From an uncultured delta proteobacterium (GTDB lineage: Bacteria; Myxococcota_A; UBA9160; UBA4427), in NCBI GenBank assembly GCA_963822965.1, contig CAWGJT010000005.1, positions 288,001-352,000 of the forward strand: a DNA stretch of 64,000 bases. Reading direction: 5' to 3'. How positions within the stretch are numbered: position 1 is the first letter of the stretch; each line of letters starts with the position of its first letter. The position numbers were made by a program, and so were the translations under genes. Shown here in pieces: positions 40,001 to 49,294 of the stretch. The notes below the pieces were generated by a model that was not told the origin of the DNA, did no database searches, and saw only the letters and a program-made list of their open reading frames with translations.

Positions 40001-40521
40001 ACGAGACGGCCGACGGCGACTTCAACGGCTACTCGATCTCGGGCTCCGTCGAGGTGGGCCTCGCCGCCCAGGAGCTGGCCACGGCCTTCTTCCAGCCGAT
40101 GGCGTCCTTCCAGTACACCTATCTGGACAGCGAGGAGTTCAGCGAGACGGGCGCGCCGGGCGTGAATCTCAACGTGGACAGCGAGAGCCTGAGCTCGGAG
40201 GTCACGAACCTCGGCCTGCGCGTGTACCGGCCCTTCGCCATGGACCTCAACACGAATATCATTCCCGAGCTGCGGGTCCGCTGGGCCCACGAGTTCGGCG
40301 ACATCGACCGCAAGGTCGCGGCACGCTTCGACGACGCCACCACCGGCCCCGCCGCCTTCGTCGTGAAGGGTGCGGAGGTGGGCCGCGACGTGGCGGTCGT
40401 CGGCGCCGGCTGGACCGTCGTCGGCGAGGCGAACACCAGCCTCATCCTGAACTACGACGCCACCCTGAACTCGGACTTCGTGGCCCACGCCGTCAGTCTG
40501 GGCGTGCTCATCTACTGGTAG
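37030..40521 (+). CDS. Autotransporter with Gly-rich passenger and PATR repeats
   Basis: Signal peptide; GGGLGAGGGLFV and GGGGG tracts; three LxKxGxGxLxL-G-xxY repeats; beta-barrel ending VLIYW. Confidence 0.9.
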   Translation: MRGVPFEMPFGSVTKKRWAGRVRAFALLALLFGAFDSDEARAIDVVVSNTDELRQAIMDANAAPTTNHTITFSQDITLNTELTPIAANVSFVGNGHTISGNDTFQVFFVDSGQVQIAQLVVRDGLSKGGDGGISRAGGGLGAGGGLFVNANATVTLVGVEFRDNVAQGGNGGADTGASVGGGGGGFHGDGGDFGGGGGGFNGNGGTDGGGGGGLEGNGLGSVTNGDVTIGGEGGGEFTDGRGGSSNHLPNGTGGDGAEFEGGGFGARGGDGGRFGGGGGSSSASGGAGGDFGGGGGSANINQDSGQTGDFVGAPGGDGGFGGGGGGSSNGTPSNGGFGGGNGTATGVGGAGSSLGGAVFVRTGGQLIWQLEASQATSGNSVQRAPVGSGQPAVAGSDLYLMSGVLTELNVADMVTSSLTGSIAGEGGLRKAGLGTLVLTGASSYAGGTTVAEGTLQGTTSSLQGAIATQADTTVRFDQSSSGSYSGVLSGPGTLEKRGTGTVTLGGANTYTGPTLVQEGVLAGSTASLPQVSTITVSSGATLRFDQGSNGTRSGPILGAGTLDKTGGGRLSLDGDYSSWGGDATVRGGELSLATGAILAGPIDVRGPGRLGGAGTASGDVSMAGTLAPGTRGTQATLAIDGNLDLQAGSTLEVDVDDQNASDLVSVAGAATLGAGATVDVLPAAGDFTVPHTYTLLTAGLLDDQGIGVSSDFCLFTSGLSIAGNSLQLTLTPDLTGLGDRCADTSNQRAIGAALAPVINDPALANVRGSLNVLTEQEVPRALDLLSGEGLGGFRTARLAAATRFLGSLSDRMRDPGTGRADEGPPYPLAGAGGTGFGGPLMPSLGVRASLSDPLAVAKAGGVLAAAPRRSGSPFTFVSVRGDSGVGGWLDGFATFAGIDGDGNSHDTDYNLYGTAGGVDWAFTDSGMVGAAFGYTRSKLSVSDLATWGTGDTLQGALYGTFSTDVFYLGGVARYGYTQMDTTRRVAFGGLYETADGDFNGYSISGSVEVGLAAQELATAFFQPMASFQYTYLDSEEFSETGAPGVNLNVDSESLSSEVTNLGLRVYRPFAMDLNTNIIPELRVRWAHEFGDIDRKVAARFDDATTGPAAFVVKGAEVGRDVAVVGAGWTVVGEANTSLILNYDATLNSDFVAHAVSLGVLIYW

Positions 40522-40602
40522 GTCGGGGGTGCAGGGCGAGCACGGACCGGCGCAGGGACTCCCCGGCACCGGCCTCGCGGCGCCACCCGCAGCGCGGGAT
40601 CT

Positions 40603-41007
40603 TCAGTGCACCGTGTGCGCGGCGAAGATCTCGGTGAGCAGGTCCTTCACCCGGACGCTCGACGTCCCGGGCCTCACCTCGTAGAAGCGAACGGCGAAGT
40701 CCGGCTCGAACTGCGACGGGAACTCGTTGCAGAAGTCCGCGAGCAGGCGCTGGAACACCTCCTCGGCGCGGGCCCGGTCGAGATCCGCGAGATGCACCAC
40801 GGCCCGCTCCCGCGTCATGCGGAAGATCGAGTCCTCGACGCGCAGGGCGCTCTGGAGGAAGACGACGAACTCCGGAAAGGACGAGTCTCCTTCCCGTCCC
40901 GCGAGCCCCAGCATCACCGAGGGCACGGCGTGCTCGCGCGCCAGACTGCAGGCACGGTCGAGCAGGGTGCGGAGCCGACGGGGATCGTCGTTCGTCTGCG
41001 AGATCAT
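40603..41007 (-). CDS. Small degenerate GGDEF-like domain protein
   Basis: LRVEDSIFRMTRERAVVHL aligns by eye to LRxxDxxxRxGGDEFxxxL. Confidence 0.5.
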   Translation of the reverse strand: MISQTNDDPRRLRTLLDRACSLAREHAVPSVMLGLAGREGDSSFPEFVVFLQSALRVEDSIFRMTRERAVVHLADLDRARAEEVFQRLLADFCNEFPSQFEPDFAVRFYEVRPGTSSVRVKDLLTEIFAAHTVH

Positions 41008-41126
41008 CGGGTTTGCAACCATAACACTGGCACTATCGTCCCCGATTCCGCGAATCTGAAGAGCGCCGTGGCCCCGAGGGGTTTTCGGACCGTCCGCGTT
41101 GGCGCGAGCGAGGCGTTTCCCTACGG

Positions 41127-42074
41127 TTGGCGCCTTCCTCGACCTCGGGAGAGCTTCGGTTGGCTCAGGAAGCGGAGTCGCTGCAGCAACGTGCGCGCAG
41201 GCTCGCCCGCGCGTTCGCAAGTGTGGCCGCGCTCACCTACGGGCTGATCGTGCTCGGGGCACTGGTGCGTGCCCACGGCGCGGGGCTCGCCTGCCCGGAC
41301 TGGCCGCTCTGCTTCGGGGAGCTCGTGCCGCGCTTCGATCTGCGGGTGGCCTTCGAGTACAGCCACCGCGTGGCGGCAGGCACCATCAGCCTGCTCTTCC
41401 TGGGCTGCGCGGTCGCCGCCCTGCGCGATGACGCCATCCGGGCGGCTTCGGGAAGGCTGCTCCTCGTCACGGCCGGGGTGCTGGGCGTGCAGATCCTGCT
41501 GGGAGCCCTCACGGTCTGGCACCTGCTGGCCTCCTGGACGGTGACCGCCCACCTGCTGACCGGGAACACCTTCGCGCTGTGCCTGGCGTTCACGGCGCGC
41601 CGGCTCCATCGGCTGGCGGCCCCGCCGCCGCCGCGGCCGCCCGTGTCCCGGGTGGTGCAGATCGTGCTGCTCGCGACCGCCGTCCTTCTCTTCTGCCAGA
41701 TGGTTCTCGGCGGGCTGGTCTCGTCGACCTACGCGGGTCTCGCCTGCAGCGAGTGGCCCACCTGCAACGGCGGCGTCTTCTTCCCCTCCTTCGAAGGCGC
41801 CCTCGGTATCCACCTGCTGCACCGGCTCGGAGCCTATTCGCTCGTCACGCTGATCGCCGTCGCCGCCTGGCTGGGGCGCGACCAGGCGGGGGTGGCCGGC
41901 TGGCTGCGCCTGGCATTCGCGGTCGTCGTCGCCCAGGTGGGCGTGGGCGTCGCGAACGTGCTCCTCCGGCTGCCGGTGGAGGTGACGGGTCTCCACTCGG
42001 CCCTGGCCGCCGGCCTGGTCCTGTGCGTCGCGCTCTCGTTCGCCGAGGCCTGGAGCCGCCCCGCCCCGGCGTAG
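41127..42074 (+). CDS. ctaA: Heme A synthase (COX15/CtaA)
   Basis: GLACPDWPLC, EYSHR, GLACSEWPTC, HLLHR, LH. Confidence 0.9.
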   Translation: MAPSSTSGELRLAQEAESLQQRARRLARAFASVAALTYGLIVLGALVRAHGAGLACPDWPLCFGELVPRFDLRVAFEYSHRVAAGTISLLFLGCAVAALRDDAIRAASGRLLLVTAGVLGVQILLGALTVWHLLASWTVTAHLLTGNTFALCLAFTARRLHRLAAPPPPRPPVSRVVQIVLLATAVLLFCQMVLGGLVSSTYAGLACSEWPTCNGGVFFPSFEGALGIHLLHRLGAYSLVTLIAVAAWLGRDQAGVAGWLRLAFAVVVAQVGVGVANVLLRLPVEVTGLHSALAAGLVLCVALSFAEAWSRPAPA

Positions 42075-42132
42075 CCGGCCGGAGCGCGGCTTCCTGGGCG
42101 CGCCCGGGCCCGCGGTGCTACAACCCTCCGCC

Positions 42133-42618
42133 ATGCGATCCTTCCAGGTCTTCGCGGCCATGAGCCCCGACGAGTCCGAAGCCTTCTTCGGCAGGGTCAA
42201 GAAGGCGGCCCCGGCGGTCTACACCCAGTCGGTCCACGCGGCGAGCGTGGCACTCAAGACGCGACCGGCCTTCCTCATGAAGCAGCCCTTCGCGAAGCAG
42301 GCGTCGGCCGTTCGGCGCGCGCTGTCCCGGGTGGCCGCGAACCCCCTGGCGGACGAGACCCTCGCCCTCTACTTCCTCGAGGTGCGGAAGGAGCTGCTGC
42401 TCGAGTGGCTGGACACCGTGGGCGTGGCGCACGAGGACGGCGCGCTCGCCGAGGATGCACCGCCGCAGCCCGAGGGCGACGCGCTGCGGGAAGCCGTCGA
42501 GAGCTTTCGCAAGGCCGGAGACGACGCCGACCGCGAGCTCCTGCTGCGGGCCTTCTCGGCCCAGGGCGCCGTCGAGTGGCCGCTCCTCGACGAGCTGGTC
42601 GCCCAGAAGATCGGCTGA
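42133..42618 (+). CDS. Hypothetical protein
   Basis: GC3-biased ORF, helical composition. Confidence 0.7.
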   Translation: MRSFQVFAAMSPDESEAFFGRVKKAAPAVYTQSVHAASVALKTRPAFLMKQPFAKQASAVRRALSRVAANPLADETLALYFLEVRKELLLEWLDTVGVAHEDGALAEDAPPQPEGDALREAVESFRKAGDDADRELLLRAFSAQGAVEWPLLDELVAQKIG

Positions 42619-42698
42619 GGGGCGCTGCCCGGGCCCGCAACGGAACGCGGCGCCCCGGCCGGGCCGGGACGCCGCAGGATCTCCGCTGCCGCAGCGCG

Positions 42699-43613
42699 CT
42701 ACTTGCCCTGGAAGGCCTTCGCCACCAGGCCCATCTCGTCGCCGATGCTGCTCGGAATGATGTAGCCCTCGGGATTACGGATCTGGTCCAGGTGCGCCTG
42801 CACGTCCTCGGCGCTCACCACCGCGCCGGCTCCCTGCTCGGCCATCCAGCCCGGACACAGGCCGACGAAGATCCGGGCGAAGCGGCCCCCGCCCACGGAG
42901 TAGATCTCGTGGGTGTTCTCGTTGGCCTCCGAAGCGAGATACACGGTGAGAGGCGTCACGCACTCGGGCGCGAGCTTCTCCGCCAGCGGCCCGAGCAGGT
43001 CCTCCGTCAGGCGCGTGCGGGCGATGGGGGCGATGACGTTCGACTTGATGTTGTACTTCGCCCCTTCGACGGCCAGCACGTTCGAGAGCCCCACCAGGCC
43101 CATCTTGGCGGCGCCGTAGTTGGTCTGACCGAAGTTGCCGAAGATGCCCGCCGCCGAGGCCGTGAAGACGAAGCGGCCGTAGCCGTTCTCCTTCATGCTG
43201 CGGAAGGCCGGCTGGGAGACGAAGAACGCGCCCTTGAGGTGCACGTCGATCACGAGACCCAGATCTTCGGGCGAGAGCTTCGCAAAGGTCTTGTCCCGCA
43301 GGATGCCCGCGTTGTTGATGACCACGTCCACCTTGCCGAAGTTGTCGAGCGCCGTCTGCACGATGGCCTCGCCGCCCTCGGGCGTGGAGACGGAGTCGTG
43401 ATTCGACACGGCCGTTCCGCCCGCCTCGGTGATCTCCTTCACCACCTGGTCGGCCATGCTCGCCGACGCACCCGTACCGTCCTTGGAGCCGCCGAGGTCG
43501 TTCACCACGACCTTCGCGCCGCGCCGGGCGAAGTCCAGGGCATAAGTCTTGCCGAGGCCGCCACCGGCGCCGGTCACGATCACCACACGATCGTCGAATC
43601 GGATCTCGCTCAT
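42699..43613 (-). CDS. SDR, MFE-2/HSD17B4-like hydroxyacyl-CoA dehydrogenase
   Basis: TGAGGGLG, VVVNDLGG, NNAGILRD, GNFGQTNYGAAK. Confidence 0.92.
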   Translation of the reverse strand: MSEIRFDDRVVIVTGAGGGLGKTYALDFARRGAKVVVNDLGGSKDGTGASASMADQVVKEITEAGGTAVSNHDSVSTPEGGEAIVQTALDNFGKVDVVINNAGILRDKTFAKLSPEDLGLVIDVHLKGAFFVSQPAFRSMKENGYGRFVFTASAAGIFGNFGQTNYGAAKMGLVGLSNVLAVEGAKYNIKSNVIAPIARTRLTEDLLGPLAEKLAPECVTPLTVYLASEANENTHEIYSVGGGRFARIFVGLCPGWMAEQGAGAVVSAEDVQAHLDQIRNPEGYIIPSSIGDEMGLVAKAFQGK

Positions 43614-43972
43614 CGCTCGTCTTCCTCTCTCCGGCACGCCGGCCGGTTCTCCTGCTGGGGGTTTCGATTCCCGGGTTTGCGAGGAGGACCTGGAGGCCCT
43701 CCCTGGAACTCGTGCGTCTCGTCCGTTCGCGGGACTCGAGCCAGCCGAGTCTCCAGGCCGGCACGGAGGCGGCCGGGGCTCGGCCGGCGCGGGGCGAGCA
43801 TAGCGAAGCAGTGGGGCGGCGCCTGCCGATGCGACGGCTTCCGTAACCCGCCCGCGGCGCGTCTCGTACACTGGCAGCAAGGCACGCGCGGGCAAGGCCG
43901 GGCTCGGACGCCGGGCGAGGTCGTCCGTGCACACCCGCGCCGGGACGGCCGGGCAAGGAGAGGAGGGATCCC

Positions 43973-44965
43973 TTGGGCGACGACGCCTTCACGCGCGCAC
44001 TGACGGCACACGCGACGCCCGGTCCGCGCAAGGGGGCGATCACCACCCTGCAGCTCAACATCGGACTCCGCTGCAATCTCGCCTGCCACCACTGCCACGT
44101 GGAGTCGGGTCCGAAGCGCAGCGAGGCGATGGACCGCAAGGGTGCCGAACGCATCCTGGAGCTGCTGGCGCGCAGTCCGGGAACCGAAGTCCTCGATCTC
44201 ACGGGCGGTGCCCCGGAGCTGAACGAGCACTTCCGCTTCCTGGTCCGGGGCGCCCGGGCGCTCGGGCGACGCGTCATCGACCGTTGCAACCTCACGGTGC
44301 TCTACGAGCCCGGGCAGGAGGACACGGCGGACTTCCTGGCCTCGCAGCGGGTCGAGGTCGTCGCCTCGCTGCCCTGCTATACGCCCGAGACCGTGGAGGC
44401 CCAACGCGGACGCGGCGTCTTCGCGCGCAGCATCGAGGCGCTGCGCCGCCTGAACCGGCTGGGCTACGGCACGCCGGAGGGCGCGCTCCGGCTCGATCTC
44501 GTCTACAACCCGGGAGGCGCCTTCCTGCCGCCGGCGCAGGCCGAGCTCGAGGCGACGTACCGCGCGGAGCTCCGCGAGCACTTCGGAATCGAGTTCCACC
44601 GTCTGATCACGATCACCAACATGCCCATCAAGCGCTTCGCCCACCAGCTCGAGCGCGAGGGCGGCCTGCCCGAATACATGGCGCTGCTCGAGACGGGCTT
44701 CAACCCGGCGACCCTCGACGGTCTCATGTGCCGCTCGATGCTGTCGGTGGATCACGCCGGACGCCTCTACGACTGCGACTTCAACCAGGCCCTCGCGATG
44801 CCGGTGACGGGTCGCGTGCGCACCATCTGGGACGTCGACGATCTGCAGGCCTTCGCGGACGCGGAGATCGTCATGGCGTCCCACTGCCTGGGCTGCACGG
44901 CCGGGGCGGGGTCGAGCTGCGGCGGCGCGCTGGTCCCGGCCGCGGCGGAAGGGGCGACGCGATGA
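43973..44965 (+). CDS. arsS: ArsS-like radical SAM / Cys-rich domain protein
   Basis: CNLACHHCH, DLTGGAPE, ASLPCY, LVYNP, YDCDFNQ, HCLGCTAGAGSSCGG. Confidence 0.85.
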   Translation: MGDDAFTRALTAHATPGPRKGAITTLQLNIGLRCNLACHHCHVESGPKRSEAMDRKGAERILELLARSPGTEVLDLTGGAPELNEHFRFLVRGARALGRRVIDRCNLTVLYEPGQEDTADFLASQRVEVVASLPCYTPETVEAQRGRGVFARSIEALRRLNRLGYGTPEGALRLDLVYNPGGAFLPPAQAELEATYRAELREHFGIEFHRLITITNMPIKRFAHQLEREGGLPEYMALLETGFNPATLDGLMCRSMLSVDHAGRLYDCDFNQALAMPVTGRVRTIWDVDDLQAFADAEIVMASHCLGCTAGAGSSCGGALVPAAAEGATR

Positions 44966-45723
44966 GCGACGAAGCGGCGGACGCACCGGCGCGGACCGGC
45001 CGAGGTCTGCTCGTCCGCCTCGCCGGCGGCGCCCTGGCCCTCGTGGCGGTGGTGGTGCTGGCGCGTCACGCGGGTGCCTACGTGCCGGCGCTGGCCGCGT
45101 GGGTGGACGGGCTGGGCTTCTGGGGCCCCTTCGCGTTCATCCTGTTCTATGCGATCGCCGTGGTCGCCTTCGTACCCGGGGCGCTCCTCACCCTGGCCGG
45201 AGGCGCCATCTTCGACCTGCTGTGGGGCACCGTCTACGTCTTCTGCGCGGCGGTCGTCGGCTCGTCGCTCGCCTTCCTGGTGGCCCGCTACCTCGCACGC
45301 GGGGCGGTCGAACGGCGCTTCGGTGACAACGCCCGCTTCGCGGCCCTCGATCGGGCCATCGGCGAGAACGGCCTCAAGATCCTGTTCCTGCTTCGGCTCT
45401 CGCCCGCCTTCCCCTTCACGTTCCTCAACTATGCGGTCGGTCTCACCCGCATCTCGTTCCGCGACTACTTGCTGGCCTCCTTCGGCATGATTCCCGGCAC
45501 CGTCCTGTACGTCTACTACGGCAAGCTGATCGGCGACGTCGCCGCGCTCGCGAGCGGTGTCGCGCCCGATCGGGGCGCCGGCTACTACGCGTTTCTGGCC
45601 CTGGGCCTCGTGGCGACGATCGCGGTCACGGCGCTGGTCACCCGCATCGCCCGGCGCGCGCTGCACGAGACCGGCGATCTCGCCGAAGCCACCGGAGACC
45701 CGACGAAGGAAGCGAACGAATGA
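44962..45723 (+). CDS. TVP38/TMEM64 (DedA superfamily) membrane protein
   Basis: PGALLTLAGG, LLRLSPAFPF, LNYAVG, GMIPGT. Confidence 0.9.
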   Translation: MSDEAADAPARTGRGLLVRLAGGALALVAVVVLARHAGAYVPALAAWVDGLGFWGPFAFILFYAIAVVAFVPGALLTLAGGAIFDLLWGTVYVFCAAVVGSSLAFLVARYLARGAVERRFGDNARFAALDRAIGENGLKILFLLRLSPAFPFTFLNYAVGLTRISFRDYLLASFGMIPGTVLYVYYGKLIGDVAALASGVAPDRGAGYYAFLALGLVATIAVTALVTRIARRALHETGDLAEATGDPTKEANE

Positions 45724-47228
45724 TCGAGCCCCGCGACGAGTACAACGAGGCGCTGGTCCGCAACGTCCACCCGCCGGACTGGCGCAACCCCGAGCCCGCC
45801 GGGAAGTACGATCTCGTCGTCGTCGGCGCCGGCACCGCCGGTCTCGTCTCGGCCGCGGGTGCGGCGGGCCTCGGCGCGCGGGTCGCGCTGGTCGAGCGTG
45901 CGCATCTCGGCGGAGACTGCCTGAACGTCGGCTGCGTCCCGTCGAAGTCGCTGCTCCGGTCGGCGCACGTGGCCGCCGAGGTGCGGGACGCCGGCAGCTT
46001 CGGCGTGCGGGTGCCCGCCGGCGTCGAGGTCGACTTCCCGGCCGTCATGCAGCGCATGCGCCGGATACGCGCCGCCATCAGCCCGGTGGATTCGGTGCAG
46101 CGCTTCTCGAACGAGCTCGGGGTCGACGTGTTCCTGGGAGAGGCCTGCTTCGCCGGGCCGGCCGAAGTCGAGGTGGGCGGCGTCGGGCTGCGCTTCAAGC
46201 GGGCGGTCGTCGCCACCGGGGCTCGTGCCCGGGTGCCTTCCGTCGACGGCCTGGCGGACGCCGGCTACCGGACGAACGAGACGATCTTCGAGCTGACCGC
46301 GCTGCCGCGCAGGCTCCTGGTGCTCGGCGGGGGGCCCATCGGTTGCGAGCTGTCCCAGGCCTTCCGGCGCTTCGGCGCGGAGGTCACGCTGGTCGAGCAG
46401 GCGGCGCAGTTCCTGGGCCGCGAAGACCCCGACGCGGCCCGCATCCTGTACGACGCGCTACGGCGCGACGGGGTCGACATCCGCCTCGAAACGAAGGTCT
46501 CCAAGGTGGTCCGGCAGGGCCACGAGAAGCTCGTCACGCTCGCGTCGAACGGACGCAGCGAGACGCTGACCGTCGACGAGGTGTTGGTGGGCGTGGGACG
46601 CGCCCCGAACGTCGAGGACATGGGCCTCGAGGCGGCCGGGATCGAGTTCGATCCGCGTCAGGGCGTGGTCGTGGACGACCACCTGCGCACGACGAACCGG
46701 CGCGTCTTCGCGGCGGGCGACGTGTGCATGAGCGCGAAGTTCACCCACGCGGCCGACTTCGCGGCCCGCATCGTGATCCAGAACGCGCTCTTCTTCGGGC
46801 GCCGGAAGCTCTCGGCCCTGACCATCCCCTGGTGCACCTACACGTCGCCCGAGATCGCCCACGTCGGGCTCTCCGAGCGGGACGCCCGGGCCCAGGGCGT
46901 CGACGTGGACACCTGGGTGCGCGAGCTGTCCCACGTCGACCGCGCCATCGCCGAGGGAGACACCCTGGGCTTCGTCAAGATCCACACGCCCAGGGGCCGG
47001 GATCGGATCCTGGGCGCCACGGTGGTGGCCCGCAACGCGGGCGACCTCGTCAGCGAGATCAGCGTCGCCATGGCCGGCGGCGTCGGGCTCGGAAGCCTCG
47101 CCTCCGTGATCCATCCCTACCCCACCCAGGCCGAGGCGATCCGGCAGATCGGCGACGCCTACAACCGCACCCGGCTCACGCCCACCGTGCGGCGCCTGTT
47201 CGACTGGATCCTGCGCCTGCACCGCTGA
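45720..47228 (+). CDS. Pyridine nucleotide-disulfide oxidoreductase (mercuric reductase-like, no C-terminal Cys pair)
   Basis: GAGTAG, GGDCLNVGCVPSK, GGGPIGCE, FTH, IHPYPT. Confidence 0.88.
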   Translation: MIEPRDEYNEALVRNVHPPDWRNPEPAGKYDLVVVGAGTAGLVSAAGAAGLGARVALVERAHLGGDCLNVGCVPSKSLLRSAHVAAEVRDAGSFGVRVPAGVEVDFPAVMQRMRRIRAAISPVDSVQRFSNELGVDVFLGEACFAGPAEVEVGGVGLRFKRAVVATGARARVPSVDGLADAGYRTNETIFELTALPRRLLVLGGGPIGCELSQAFRRFGAEVTLVEQAAQFLGREDPDAARILYDALRRDGVDIRLETKVSKVVRQGHEKLVTLASNGRSETLTVDEVLVGVGRAPNVEDMGLEAAGIEFDPRQGVVVDDHLRTTNRRVFAAGDVCMSAKFTHAADFAARIVIQNALFFGRRKLSALTIPWCTYTSPEIAHVGLSERDARAQGVDVDTWVRELSHVDRAIAEGDTLGFVKIHTPRGRDRILGATVVARNAGDLVSEISVAMAGGVGLGSLASVIHPYPTQAEAIRQIGDAYNRTRLTPTVRRLFDWILRLHR

Positions 47229-47382
47229 ACGCGGCTCCCGGGCCTCGTCGCCCGGTCTCGTCCCGGGACCGGGCCTGGACCCCGGCCACTCCGGAATGGC
47301 CGGGTGGCGGCGCCTCGCCGCCGGACACCGGCGGCGAGGGCTGCCCGTACAGGGCGCCCGCCGTCCGGTCGATGCACGACGC

Positions 47383-49041
47383 GTGTGGTACGACATCGGC
47401 CTCCTCGCGAGCATCGTGATCGGCGGTTGGCTGGCCCTCGACGTGGCCATGGCCGAGGGCTGGCGCCGGCGCTCGGCGTCCATCGGCCTGCTCGGCGCGT
47501 TCGGCGCCTTGTGGGCGTCCTGCGAGGTGCTGCTGCGAACCGCGGAGGGCCCCGCCGAGCTGGCCCTGGAGCGCAGGCTCCTCTATCTCGGCGTCGTCGG
47601 CGCCACCTTCTTCTGGTACCGGTTGGCGGTCGAAGCCGACCGGCCCGGCTGGTATCGACGCGGTCCCTGGCGCACGGGGCTCGCGGCCCTGCCCTCGCTC
47701 TTCTTCTACTCGATGCTCTACTGGGCGCCCGACGGCTGGGTGATCTCGCTGTACAGCGAGACACCCGTGCACGGTCCCCTCTGGATCGCGGCGGCCGGGG
47801 CGAGCTGGGCCCTGATCGGCGCCGGCCTCCTCCACTACGGCCGGGCGGCCCTTCGCATGCACCGCGAGAGCCGGGTCCGGGCGATCGCGCTGGGGATCGG
47901 AATCGGCCTGCCCCTGGCGTTGAACGTCGCCTACGCGGCGGACCTGGTCTCGTGGGATCCGGCGCCGTGCCTCCTGGGTCCGGCCGCGCTGATGATCCGC
48001 TTCGCGATGGTCGACACCGGTCTCTCCCTCTACCTGCCCCTGGCGCGCAGCGACGTGATCGAGCAGCTGGACGTCGGCGTGGTCGTGGTCGGGACGGACG
48101 GCCAGGTGATCGACGCGAACGCGTCGGCGGCACGGCTGACAGGCGTCGACGAGCCGCGCGGGCGGCGCTTCGAGGACCTGACCGAGAGCCTCGATCCGGG
48201 CATCGAAGTGCTGCGATTCCCGTTGAAGAGCCACTTCAGCGTGACCGGGACCGCGGCCGTGCTGAACGACCGCCGGGAGGCCATCGCCAGCGAGCAGCGC
48301 CTCCAGCTCACCGGCCGCCTCGAGGCGATCGGCTCCCTCACCGCGGGGATCGCGCACGAGATCAACAATCCCCTCGCGTACATCTCGGCGAACCTCGGCA
48401 ACCTCGAGAAGCTCTTCGCGGAGCTCGAGGCGCCGGCGCTGCGCGACGATCTGCCCGCAGACCTGGCACGCCGCTGCCGCGAGGGCTCCGAGAGCCTCGT
48501 CGACGCGCGCGAGGGGTTCCAACGGATCTCACTACTGGTCGCGCGCCTCAAGGGATTCGCGCGGGGTCCCGGGGCGGCGGGCCCCGGGGACGCGCCCCTC
48601 GACCTGGCCGAGGCCGCACGCCGCGCCGCCTCGATGGCGGCGATCGGTCTCCCGGCCGACGCGATCCGGATCCGCAGCGCGGGCCCGAGTCGGGTCGCGG
48701 CCGACGAGCACGTGGTGGGACAGATCCTCGTCAACCTCCTCCTCAACGCGGTCCAGGCGAGCGAAGGCCTGCCGCAGGTGGACGTCGAAATCGAGGAACG
48801 GGATGGAGAGGCCCGGGTCCGGGTCTGCGACCGCGGCCACGGGCTCGACGATCATACCCTCGAGCGCATCTTCGATCCGTTCTTCACCACGAAGCGCGCG
48901 GGCACGGGCCTGGGGCTCAGCATCAGCTACGACCTGGCAAGACGCCTCGGCGGACGCATCGAGGCCGCCAACCGGCCGGACGGCGGGGCCGCCTTCTCGC
49001 TCTACCTCCCGGCGCTGCCCGAGCGGTCCGCGCCGGCCTGA
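47383..49041 (+). CDS. Membrane sensor histidine kinase (7TM-like, PAS-like, HisKA, HATPase)
   Basis: AHEINNPL, NLLLNA, DRGHG, FDPFFTTK, GTGLGL; start uncertain. Confidence 0.9.
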   Translation: MWYDIGLLASIVIGGWLALDVAMAEGWRRRSASIGLLGAFGALWASCEVLLRTAEGPAELALERRLLYLGVVGATFFWYRLAVEADRPGWYRRGPWRTGLAALPSLFFYSMLYWAPDGWVISLYSETPVHGPLWIAAAGASWALIGAGLLHYGRAALRMHRESRVRAIALGIGIGLPLALNVAYAADLVSWDPAPCLLGPAALMIRFAMVDTGLSLYLPLARSDVIEQLDVGVVVVGTDGQVIDANASAARLTGVDEPRGRRFEDLTESLDPGIEVLRFPLKSHFSVTGTAAVLNDRREAIASEQRLQLTGRLEAIGSLTAGIAHEINNPLAYISANLGNLEKLFAELEAPALRDDLPADLARRCREGSESLVDAREGFQRISLLVARLKGFARGPGAAGPGDAPLDLAEAARRAASMAAIGLPADAIRIRSAGPSRVAADEHVVGQILVNLLLNAVQASEGLPQVDVEIEERDGEARVRVCDRGHGLDDHTLERIFDPFFTTKRAGTGLGLSISYDLARRLGGRIEAANRPDGGAAFSLYLPALPERSAPA

Positions 49042-49051
49042 GAGATGCGCT

Positions 49052-49294
49052 TCAGGAGGTCTTGCGCCGCGCCGCCAGGATCGCCTGGATCAGCTCTTCG
49101 GGCACCTCCTCGCGCGCGGGCCCGTGCTCTTCGCAGGCGAAGCGACCCAGGCGGATCGTGTCCTTGTAGGTGTCGAGAAAGGTCAGGCAGGGAGGACAGA
49201 GAAACATGTGCTCCTCGAACACCCGCGTGGATTCGGGCTCGAGCTCCCCGTCGAGATAGCTCATCAGGAAATCGACGAACTCGCGGCAGTTCAT
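49052..49294 (-). CDS. Zinc-finger (HCC) anti-sigma factor
   Basis: CREFVDFLMSYLDGEL ... HMFLCPPC. Confidence 0.88.
   Translation of the reverse strand: MNCREFVDFLMSYLDGELEPESTRVFEEHMFLCPPCLTFLDTYKDTIRLGRFACEEHGPAREEVPEELIQAILAARRKTS

Noticed and set aside
21021..40569. Very long antisense or alternate-frame ORFs (e.g. 21021-24248, 21866-25693, 29032-32967, 36907-40569)
   Set aside because: Shadow ORFs of GC3-biased genes; no motifs, low-information composition.
45720..47228. True mercuric reductase merA
   Set aside because: Lacks the C-terminal Cys-Cys pair and NmerA domain; no mer genes nearby.
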